From: Lytechinus pictus
Lineage: Eukaryota
Length of the DNA stretch: 64,000 nt
Assembly: GCF_037042905.1 (NCBI RefSeq)
Contig: NC_087247.1
Coordinates: 26,226,001 to 26,290,000 of the forward strand
Direction: 5' to 3'
Part shown: piece by piece, positions 1 through 11,300 of the stretch
Numbering within the stretch: position 1 is the first letter of the stretch
Layout: the number at the start of each line of letters is the position of its first letter
Notes under the pieces: model-generated
Told to the model about the DNA's origin: nothing
The model's input: only the letters and a program-made list of their open reading frames with translations
Databases searched by the model: none
Made by a program: the position numbers and the translations under genes

Positions 1-6
1 CAACAG

Positions 7-3000
7 ACCACAGTGAAAACAGTAATAAGGCAAGGTCTTGTTGATTCAGAGAGAATCGCCATTTCGGGTGGCTCGCATGCTGGTTTCATTGCTACACACA
101 TGATTGCGCAGTATCCAGTAAGTACATGTATAGATTCGAATTCAAAGTGGAAAATACATTTGTAAGGTTGCCATTGCCGAACTTTGGAGGATTGCATGAA
201 AGAACTTGTCAGAAGTTTTATCCGATAAAAGTATGTTTTATCCGACAGTTATCACTTAGTGCTTCTCAACCAATCATAATCAAGGAAAGTTGTCGGTCCG
301 ATCCGACAACTGGGGACGAAAATGTTGATGATAATAGTGATGATGCTGAACATGCTGAAGATGATGATGATGCTGATACTGCTGATGATGCTGTCGCTGC
401 TGCTGCTGCTGATGATGGTGGTGATAATGATTGTGATAGTGCTGCTTCTGATGGTGATTGTGATGACGATCACGGTGACGATGCTGCTGCTGCTTCTGAT
501 GTTGATTATATTGATGGTATTGGTGGTGGCTGTGAGGATAATGCTGTGGATTATGAGAGTGGTAATGACGATGTCATTGATGATGATCTTGCTGCTGCTG
601 ATGATGATGTTGGTGTTCGTAAGGCTCATGCTTTTGGAATTTCTTTCTGTATATAGTTCAATTATGTGTCAATTAAAAACGTTATTTTTTCTTATGTATT
701 CTACCAAAGGAAATGTACAAAGTTTGTGTCACAAGGAATCCAGTCACTGATATTGCAGGTAAATAATTAGGCCTATAGACTAACAACATTGGTTTAAGAA
801 GAAAAAAAAAGAAATTTGCTTTTGTTTCAGCCTTTGGACTTTTGTGGAGAAACTACATCTCTATGTTAGTCTAAACATGCCACTGGATTTTGTGAACACC
901 CATTTCTGTTCGATAACGATGGTTATTGATCAATTTTAAACAAAGTCTGTAGTAGAATAGGCATATCATTGATCATAAGGTTATATTAAGTTTGATTCCC
1001 AGTACTGATAGTGAGAGTTCATTAAATATTTATTCATAAAATGACTAGCAACTTTATACGTTTGACAAATGTGATTCCCGTTTGAGTATGTCAGCTTTTT
1101 TATCAGTATTTGTTTGTTTGTTTGAATTTATTTTTATGATTAAAAGCTATAAAAAGGTGCACGATACGAAAAAGATAACCTTTTTTTCATTTAATTCTAA
1201 AAGTTTGGAACTTCCTTGCTTGATATTGTTTAAGATGGGTGAATAAGCTGTCTTTATTTAAAAAAAAAAATGGAGGCCTCAGCAATCCAATATCATGTGA
1301 ACTTGTCGGTCCAACGTTTTTTGTTTCGTTATTCTGTTATAACAATTAAATTGTGTTGTTTGTTTGCCCCCCCCCCTTTTCGTTGCAGCCATGCTTGCGG
1401 GTACAGATATGCCACCTTGGTATGCTTATTTTTCTTTTCAATATAATTAGTTTTGATTTAATTTTAGGATAAAGTTGCCCTGGCATGTGTCTCTATCCCG
1501 GGTTGGGACACATCACCACGAAGGGCCGTCGCTAAGGGGGAGGGGGGGGGGGGGCTGCGACACCCCTCCCACTAAGCCTTCTAGGATATCATTGGTAAAT
1601 CTGCGCTCCCGTCGGAAAAATGAAGAAAAGGGGCGAGAGGGTAAAAAAAAGGAAGGGAAAAGTGGGGGGAGAGGGAAAGGAGCAATAAGAAAAAAGAAGA
1701 AGAAATGCCCGAAATAGAGGAAAACAAAAGGAAAGAGAAAACAAGACATGCAGAAGGGGGTGAAGTAGGCGAGGTTTTGAGGTAAACCTGTAAATGTGTA
1801 TCTGAATTATAGATGCGTAGTCTGAGATATCAGTTGGGAAAAATCACAAATTCGTCTGTTGCGCAGGCGCAGGACTGTTGGACTGACGCCTGTCGGAAAT
1901 ATCATTAACTGTCAGGTCACGGATAGGATTGGAAAATATCTTTTTTTTCCTAAAAAAGGGAAGATGTTTTAGTAGAATGTAGGCATGACAGGGGCGACAC
2001 CAGAGTATTTTGGTAGGGGGACAAGATGGCCTAATCATATAATGGTAACATCTTTTTCCTCAATTGAACAAAATAAATGTACAATACTCAGACCTCTTTG
2101 TGATACACTTTTTTTAATACTTTAATCTCTTCTCTCTTTTTTCATCACTTTTGACAAACCAAGGAGGCACCCCTGCCCCTATATCGCCATCCTTGATCAA
2201 CATCATTTATAGAACCCTCTTGAAAAAAAAATTTGGAAGAAACTTGATTAAAATCATGAGCTGTGGAATTATGTTTCCAATGTGCAATCTCGTTTGCAAT
2301 CGATATCAACATACTGAAAACATTCTGTTTTCTTTTGTTCATTAGGACAATGACAGAGGTGGGAATTGACTTTGATTTCACCAAACCTCCATCAGCTGAG
2401 ATGTATGCAAAGATGTTCAACTGTTCTCCGATGGCTCATATTGATAAGGTATGATGTTGGACATGTTGTTGTTTCTTTATTACACTTTATACAGATAATG
2501 CATTCATCTTTCTTCCTTTTTAGACAACGACCGAGGTTGGTATTTTTAAATCCTTCACCGCCATTCAGAATTAGATACATCATCAACTGAGGTATGAATT
2601 CATTAAGTTATAATTTGTATTTTTCATTTATATTTTTAATCATTGTTTTGGGGGCACATATACAATTAATGCTTTTCAGTGAATCTCCCTATTTTCACAG
2701 GCATTTCCATACCTCGAGTCTATTTCATATTTTCTATTACAAATGTGTTTCTATGACACAAAATTACCATTTATGTTATGTACACTTTGATTATTATCAG
2801 TTATGCTATGTAATTATTTTGTATCATTTCCTGTGTAGATGAATAAATACAAATTGGAATTTGTAAAAACTCCTAAACTAATACAAAAATCATAGGAGGA
2901 GAATTACTGTTGAACAAAGCAGACAAGAATGAAAATAACAATTTTATAGGTTTAGTAGAGGCTAATATTTTCTCGCTATGATATAATTACAGTTTGTAAT

Positions 3001-4667
3001 ATTAATGTAGTATCTTAATGAATATTGTATGCCCTGAAATTCAGTTTTTCTTGGCTAATAGACGCTTGTTTATATTACTTTTGCTCTGAATGGAACAATA
3101 AAGACAACATTTGAAAAGAGGACAATAATTTGTCTCCATCGTATTGTTTGAAACATTTAGAAGAGTAATGTTATATTCTTGTTCTGGGTCCCGTACGCGA
3201 TTTATTTTGTCAGTACTTGTGTACCCGACGCGAGAGGGCAGTATACCGTGGAAGTAACATTTTCATGATTATGGGATTCACGATATAATAGGGTTTATAT
3301 AGTCAGACTGCGCCTCATGAATATTAACTTTCATGGCGACACGAAACGTGAGGATATAGTGTACTGCAATTTCCGACTCAGTAATCAGCTCGAATTAATT
3401 GGTGTGGCGCTAAAGCCAATCCTGCAGTCGAGTTCATTGTGACGCAGGTTCGAGTCTGGCCGAGAACAATTTTTCAAAGAAAAGTCAGAGATTTGTAGTC
3501 TGATTCAAGGCCTCCAAAATAGCCCTCTCGTGTCGGGTGCCCAAGTACTGACCGGAGGGGGGGGGGTCGTTTCCTGTACGTTGCAGAAAGTGTTGCGCAC
3601 TCATCGTCATCCTGAGAACGCTATTTTTTCAATTTTTCAGGCTATATATATTTTCTTTTTGTTCATCAGGTGAAAGCTCCAACTCTGATAATGCTCGGAT
3701 CGGACGACCTTCGTGTTCCACCCCAGCAGGGCATACGCTACCATCAAATGCTCAAAGCACGAGGTGTCAAAACAAAGTTAGTACAGTTCCCAAATTAAGT
3801 ACGCTACCAATAAGTATTATCTGATAATATCTGTACTATTTGGTAGTAATCTTACTATTTTCAATAGCGTCAAGTAATTTGTGTAAAGACATTGTCCTGC
3901 TTATGGGTAAGAAACAGAAGAAAAAAAATCTGCATCCAAAAAAATGTATTTTGATAAGATTTGTGAAGGAGATATTATTTGCTTTTTGATGTGCGATATT
4001 TCCATAGGGGCCAAGACCAACTAAAAATGACCTGATATTTTTTCATTATTGAGTAATAGCCCCCCCCCCCACCCAGGGGGGGGGGGGGCTACTTAGTATA
4101 AAAATGTATGATACGTATATGTGCCGCGGTCGAGACTCCCATTTTCAGCCTAAATTTCCGTTCCAGAGCATAACCAATTTAGAAAGCCATAGAAATTTAT
4201 ATTTTTCACTGTTCCAGAGACCCCCAAATTTACGATTTGTGGTTCCAGTGCGCTGCCATTTAAGATATAATGAGTTCCGGAGACCCCAATTTTTTATGTG
4301 GTCAGTTCCAGAGCTGATTTTTAGCAATCGTTGATCCAAAAGCTGTTCATAAGACCAAAACTTATAGTTCCAGAGCCCCCTATTTTCGACTTTGGTGTGG
4401 CACATAAGGAGTCATTTTATAATTCAATTAGCCCCCTCCCCCCCCCCCCCGGAGTAATAGGGATAATGCGATCGCGATAGTCACACAGAACACTCTTTCC
4501 ACGCTGTTCCTTCTCGTCTCTTCCTAAATAACAAAATTTGATTTTTTTTTTTTTTTTTTTCAAATAGATTATTGATGTGTCATGGAAACAGTCATCCCAT
4601 TAGCAACGTTGACGCAGAGGCAGATCGTTTCATGAACATGTATACGTGGATAACACAGCACCTCTAA
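7..4667 (+). CDS. APEH: Acylamino-acid-releasing enzyme (S9C peptidase), 3' partial, last 6 exons
   Basis: Exons 7-117, 710-758, 1389-1419, 2346-2448, 3670-3776, 4568-4667 are GT-AG and phase-compatible (166 aa + TAA). Translation ...RIAISGGSHAGFIATHMIAQYP/EMYKVCVTRNPVTDIA/AMLAGTDMPPW/...CSPMAHIDK/VKAPTLIMLGSDDLRVPPQQG...ARGVKTK/LLMCHGNSHPISNVDAEADRFMNMYTWITQHL* follows the APEH C-terminus with Ser, Asp and His triad positions. Start at 7 assumes the CAG at 4-6 is the acceptor. Confidence 0.93.
325..615. repeat. Degenerate (GAT/GCT/GGT)n trinucleotide microsatellite in an APEH intron
   Basis: Directly visible; explains the three overlapping low-complexity ORFs. Confidence 0.9.
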
Positions 4668-4699
4668 CACAATGATCCTCTATTATTGTGACACGGCAT

Positions 4700-4910
4700 A
4701 AGCTCCAGGCGACATTTGCTCCTGTCTTCAGCAGAGGACTCGGGTTAGAGTTATAGGATTGTAATAGAGTTTTTTTTCTTCACAAAATATATGTAAAGGG
4801 AAGGATTTTGGTTCATTTATTTTCGGAGGATAGGTTTTATGTTCCAAATTGGCTTATAACGTGCAGACTTTCCATCCGAGCAATTGTCGCCGGAGCAAAT
4901 GTCATGGAAC
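4700..4910. repeat. Dispersed MITE-like repeat with (AACCCT)-like core; reverse copies at about 19895-20125 and 22078-22275
   Basis: GACATTTGCTCC ... GGAGCAAATGTCATGGAAC inverted motifs recur at all three sites. Confidence 0.6.
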
Positions 4911-5162
4911 ATAATATCGTGTGTCGTTCAGAAGATAAAGTACACTCTGGAATTCACTCCCTTCCTCACGACAGTCTTCTAAAACGCCTTTTAAAACTTA
5001 TATTTTTCTTTCTTAAATCGTTTATTTTCATTAGTGTAACGATTTTGTAACAATTAACGTTTCTAAATAATTCTAATTAATTCAATATATAGCTAGTTTA
5101 TTTTGATTTTACATATAATTGAGAAATATTTACAAGTTATTGACACATGTCTCATATGCCTA

Positions 5163-5375
5163 CACTCTAAAAAATATTGGGTAAAAGTGTTCCATGTGGG
5201 TAATTATGTATCCAAACAACATTGGGCATTTCTTTTGGGACATTTTTATTTATCCAGTGTGATGAGAATTTTGCCCATTCTAAAGTAATTGGGTAAAATG
5301 CTGCCCCAAATTGGTTGGACACATATTATTACACCCTCGTGGTGGTAAAAATTTTACCCAATATTTTTTACAGTG
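5163..5375. mobile_element. CACT-ended MITE (CMC/EnSpm-like); second copy at about 63032-63275
   Basis: TA|CACTCTAAAAAATATTGGGTAAAA ... TTTTACCCAATATTTTTTACAGTG|TA; internal TGCCCCAAATTGGTTGGACACATA shared with the second copy. Confidence 0.7.
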
Positions 5376-7065
5376 TATAACTTTGATTATTATTTTTTTT
5401 ATGCTGTATCAGTAATTTCCACCCTTTAGATTATAGTTTGCAAGAATACTTTGTTTTATCATTTTCTTTATCTGTAAAACGCACAGAGATGTTTTATGCG
5501 CTTAATACATTAATCTTTATGATTATCAATATAGTATCATGTTGTTGTTGTAATAATGTCTACTTTGATGCGTCAATAAGAACATGCTATTGTCTATATA
5601 TTATAAAAAACGGGGTTTTTCAGTATGTCTGTATGATATTTACGGTATAATAGTCCACGTAAAGAAACAGGAAATTGTCCATGAAATGAAGTTAAAGATT
5701 GATAGGTAAAAAATACCTGATAAGACAAGAACATTGTCAACATGAGTTAAAAGGATATATTCCAAAAGTATACTAGCTCAAGACTGTCTTGTTTTTGGCA
5801 TTTTCCATATTCTGTTGTTACATTCACATTGTTAACCTGAAGGCAATAAATTATATTCTATCATTCTCTAAATGAATGACAATGGATATGATAAATCAAA
5901 TTAAATCCTTAAGCTGTGATATTGTTAAGTCTTTGGTTTTTTTTTTATGGGTTCTTATCCGTTTTTTTTTTATAAGTATTGAATCGATGGATAAGTAATT
6001 ATCAGTGAATAACCTCAGATAATTATTTGCAAAAAAAGTGTCATTTGCATGCCTTACCCCCTACATTCATTTTTATACCAACCAATGTATAGCTTACTAT
6101 TTGATTTCCAAAATTCTATTTTAAAAGGCAGATTACAACGCATAATTAAAATGAGATTGAAATATTTTAAAAGGAAATAATAAAGAAAGTAGTTAATTGA
6201 GTATAAATGCATAAAGAATAACTTTTAATTCGGAAGCACTTATTAATTCTAACCCACCGAAGAGGTAAAAACGTGATGGAAAATGACAAAAGTCTGATGT
6301 CGAAGCAATCCCAGTTGGACTGTAAAATTGCCATGGGTTTTAAACAATAAAGAAAGAAAATATGGTATTAAAACCGTGATAGCTTGATTTTGGTTTACAT
6401 TAAACATAATTAACACTTTTGTTATACTCAACCTCTTTCTTCATTGTTTCATGTTTATACTGATTAGGTTGTTATTCCCTGCCAACCCCCCCCCCCCGTG
6501 TGTCGCCAACACGTCGTGTATAGTGACATAACACAATAACACAAATAAACTCTTTCAAACTCATAAACTAAATGTATACAAACATAATTTAAATCTCAAT
6601 GCGAATTTCATATAAACCAATACAGATATACAGGTACAACAAACAAAATAAAAAGTAAACGAAACTGCCAAAATGAATCATAAGGAAAGTGGAGTGCTTT
6701 TTTATGATACGTGAACTCAAATATGATTATAACAGCTTGGTATATTATTTTCTCGGAGATAATAAAACAAAACCCATTCTTATATAAAGTGAGTTTGGTT
6801 TGTTTTTATGCAAGGTACTTTTGGGGATCTGATATAATGCAATGAATGGCAGAAGATGAACTTCTGTGATTGAGAGTTTTGATGACAAAATGACGAAGAA
6901 ATTATCACCATCATGATTCTTTTTATTCTGGTATCAAGTACATATAGGCTGCCAGGCTGGGGTGCTACCACCCCTATCGAGCCAGAATGTCCAGTTTTCA
7001 GGTCCGAAAATAAAAATTCTCAGCTCGCGCTTCGCGGCTTCACACTACTTTTAGGCCTACATTAA

Positions 7066-7932
7066 AGACCCTGACCGGTGTAAAAACAATCATATATCAA
7101 AATAAAGGTAATGATTCATACAATACAAATATACCAAAAATATTACATATATCTCCTTCTAATAGTTAAAAATATAGAATAAAAATCAAAGAAACTGCTC
7201 CTCCAAAGTACGCTTCGATTGAGCACCCCCACGTCGCCTGGAAATGATGACGTCACGTTGTGTCAGGAGGGTTGTGATTCCATAGGTTTGTGTACAAAAG
7301 CATTGGGTATTTTATTCCATTTCCATGTTATGAATCCATTATTTTTTTTCGTTTTCAGATGAAAATGGCACTCAAAATTATTCACTGTTCAAATTTTTGT
7401 AAACCTGCAACTATTCACTACCTTTTTTGTGATTTCTTTGTTTGGCTCTTATTGGGCCTAAATTGCTATGTCAGGAAAAGTTGTTATACATAATCTAAAT
7501 GCAGATAGAATTGAAATCTGCGCCAAATAAGCAGGAAATAAAATATGGCAAAAACTAGTTCAAAACTGTAGATTTCATAAATTCAAGCTTATGGGTAAAA
7601 ATATATGTGATATCCCTCTGTGATAGAAGTGAAGAGAATGAAATGCGTTATTTGGAAAGCAAAAAAATCACCCACTTTTTCTGTGTACAAACCTATGGAA
7701 TCACGACGCTTCTTACACAACGTGACGTCACGGTCTCGAGGCAGGTGAAAAGCACAATAAAGCCTATTTTCTAAGCGGGGTTCGAAGCCCGATAATTGGA
7801 ATATTCTTAAGCAAAATACTCAGCTGGGAAGCGGTGAAAATGCATAAAGCATACCTTGCTGTATTTAGTAGCTTATAAGCTTTCGATTGGTATATAATTT
7901 ATCAATTTCATTTTCGGGTCCGGTCTGGATCT
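7066..7932. mobile_element. TTAA-flanked non-autonomous DNA transposon (Kolobok-like) upstream of the epoxide hydrolase
   Basis: TTAA|AGACCCTGACCGG ... CCGGTCTGGATCT|TTAA, plus an internal inverted repeat at about 7236-7298 versus 7682-7742. Confidence 0.68.
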
Positions 7933-8189
7933 TTAAACTCTCAGTTGCATGGATATCATATGATATGTAAATGTGTTTTAAACCTTACCTTGCAACTCGA
8001 TCCGGTCTAACGTACGTATTTTAAATACAATTTTTTTTGCTGAATTTGATTTTTTTTCTCCTTAAAAAAAAATAGTTATGTGTGCTCGAATTGAAAAAAG
8101 TTAAGAGACTCTACTTTAACTTGTCTTTCCTGTTATCAAGAACGCTTTGCCCATTTCATTTATTTTAGTGGAGGTGGATCGAACCGAAC

Positions 8190-8300
8190 CCACACCGGTG
8201 GACCGGTCATCAGGCGCGCCGCGCCGAGCCCGACGACTAGCTAGCTAGACTCATGACTAGACTGCGCCTGCGCGCGCATCATGAATGAAGCTAAGACACC
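8190..8300 (+). promoter_or_regulatory. CpG-rich proximal promoter / 5' leader of the epoxide hydrolase
   Basis: Local CpG-dense patch (GGCGCGCCGCGCCG, TGCGCCTGCGCGCGCA) in AT-rich background directly before the ATG. Confidence 0.5.
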
Positions 8301-11300
8301 ATGGCCAACCTTCTCTGGAACGTGGGGCTAAAGGCCTTCATTCTGATTCCATTTATCATCTACAGTATTTCCAAGGGATTTGTGCTACTTGGGTTATCTC
8401 TTATCTTTCGAGGAAGAAAATGGATGTTCGTGAAAAAAGAGCGAACTGGTCGACCGCCATGTATGGATAATCCGAGTTTTGGAACTCACAAAACTGTCCG
8501 AGTCAAGGTACGGTACGGAAGCGAGTAAGGGGTTCCCCCGCTTGCTCGCCGGCGCTAAACCCGGACATATATGCCATGCCCATGTTTAGCGGGGTGGATC
8601 AGGCCCTCGCCTCGGGTCAAATTGGTACTTGCTACTTAACTCACTACTTGGTATGCTGTTCCTCCGAAATACTCCAAGGCCAAGTAGAGCTTTAATAAAT
8701 GGAGGTGTTATTGAGAATTAAAAAAAAATGCATATTACGGCTTGTAGGATGGGGGGTCGGGTGTCCGGACACTTTATATTTTTGAAGCCTTCTTTTTTGT
8801 CTTTGGATTACACTAAAAATATGAATTCGATAGTTGTAATCATCTCCCATTTTGTTCTTTATAATATTTCCTTACATTTTGTACTAAAAATTGATGAAAC
8901 TTCGCTTGTAAATTTTTCCAAATGACTTTCTAAAATTGATCGTCCGGACACACAACATGTCCGGACACACAACAACTGGGTATACAATCCTCCTAATTTT
9001 ATAAAATTTAAAAAGACTAAACTATTAAAAGAGTGACAACAAATTGAGATAAAATTTGCTAAATCTAAAACTAAAAAAGCCTGTCTAGAGAAAAACAACC
9101 GGGTAGAATTCGATCAGAAACTTCATTTTCAAAAAATGATTTTCACCCGTCTCACTCTTTTTGTATACTGGGCTGGCCATATGAACCAATAAATACTTTA
9201 GTTTGATATTTTATTGTCATGTGACATGTAGAATTATTGTTTTTCAACATTTTGTGGGTCAATCAAGAACAATGAAGAGGGTCCTTAAAATCTGTAAAAA
9301 TTGAAATATACTGTAGATCTAGATTTTTTAATTAGATCTAATTCAAACAATGACCCCTCCCCCAAAAGGCCAAAAAAAAGTGACATCATCATCAACTCTT
9401 ATAGGTCTATACCGGAGGTCTATATCAGTGAGTTGTGTGCTGTTTTTAGAAAAGTAGTGAAATTTAAAAAAATAACTGGTTTATAATTTAACGATTTTGA
9501 TGAAATTTTCATTTCCTAAACTTGACTTTTAAGGAATTTCTGTATTGTAATTTGTATTGCAGATGTTTTCTTGGATGATCCATGTCGCCCTCGATTAGAA
9601 TCATGCATACTGTACAAAGGGGCACTGGGCAGGCATCAAGTGCCACGATATACTTGTCAGTGTAGACCTAGACTATGTCTACCAGAGCCAGCTCTAGAGA
9701 GCACAATTGGATTTTAAAGGCTGCAAGTGGTTGCGAGTGGGGGGAAAACGGTAAGGGTGGGGGGGGGGGTATAAATTTTTTTTAAATTTAATTGCCCATG
9801 GGGGTGGGATGGGAGATGCTAATGCCCCTCTATCCCCCATGCCCCTCATGGTGCTGCCACTTTACTTTAGGAAGTCTAGATGACATTGTTATTCCAGTCC
9901 AGATGTAGGCTTTGTGCTTAAAAAGCCCCCCCCCCCCCAAAAAAAAAGGAATCAAAGGGGAATCCAACCGAAATAAAAACTTGTTTTTATAAGAAAAAGA
10001 AAAATCAGACAAGTTGATAGGTGAAAGTTTGAACAATATTGGACAAACGACAAGAAAGTTATGAATTTTTAAAAGTTGTAAATATTGGTAATCACTATAC
10101 CCATGGAGACTTCAAATTGGCTGCATATGGGATGTCATAGTGATGTAAGGTAAGGACTACTCTTCCATGTACTCCAATACATATTATGGCTAAAATGTCA
10201 TTTTCCCCAAAAGTTTTATTTCAAATTATATTTTTCTTTCATGAGGACATAAAACAATATACTACCTGGGTTATATTTAGATTACTGCCCCAGGGGAATG
10301 GGTACTTAGGAGAAAACCACAAATCTCTGATAATAAAGTACATGGCCTATGGAAAAGTTGTCCTTGCCCCTTGTCATAATTTACTTACCTAGTTGCCAAT
10401 TTGAAATCTACATACTATTAGTGATCTCAATTTTAAAGCAGCTATAACTTTCTTATTGCTTGTCCGATTTCTTTCAAACTTTCACCATTCTGTTTAATTT
10501 ATTTTTCTCCTTCCCTACACAACATTTTATGGCCAAGGCTGGATTCCCCTTTAATCTTATGAAAATGTTCAAAGACTTGTCCTGAAAGTAACAATACACC
10601 CTTGATACAGGAAAACAACGACAGTAAAAGAAAGAAAGAGTAAAGGAAGCTCAAGATGAAAAAATGCCCCCCCCCCCCACTACAAATATCGATGCCTTTT
10701 GATATGGTATCTATCGGTTCCAGTAGGTCAATTCCACATGTATGTAATGAACATGAAATGCCTGTGCATGAGTTTATCTTTACTTTAATGAGCACTGTGC
10801 AGTCATATTTCCCCTATGGATGCCATAATGCGGGTCGAGAACAGCCGTTTTATTAATTTTTATTTAAAAAAACCGGCTGTTTTCGACTCGTCGTAGGGGA
10901 AATTTGACTGCGCTATTACTTTTAAGTCATTGCCAATAAGTAATGTGTGACTGACAGGGGATGCGGAATGGATTGTGAGGAAGTATTAATCATAAAGATG
11001 CTTTAATATATCATTGCATTGATTTATTTTTTTAATCAGGGATTAAACCTTCATGTGGTTGTATCTGGTAATCCTCAACATCCCCTGATGCTCTTCCTTC
11101 ATGGCTTCCCAGAATGCTGGTATTCCTGGAGACATCAAATCAAAGAATTCAACAAAGATTATTAGTAAGTATTTCACACAAGATGTCCAGATCATCCGTT
11201 GTGATTCTCATGCCCTCTTGTACATTCTTGCTGGCATACCCCGCGTAGTATTCTGTAGCTCTTTATGCACCACTTAGTAAAATATACATGCCAGAGTCAT

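Noticed and set aside
126-750. 176-aa Asp/Ala-rich ORF and two overlapping hydrophobic ORFs (could suggest an acidic biomineral protein)
   Set aside because: They lie almost entirely in an APEH intron (118-709) and are readouts of a trinucleotide microsatellite plus a MITE fragment.
3401-3465. tRNA-like A and B boxes (TGGCGC...GGTTCGAGTC)
   Set aside because: I could not build a cloverleaf; more likely a decayed SINE head than a tRNA gene.
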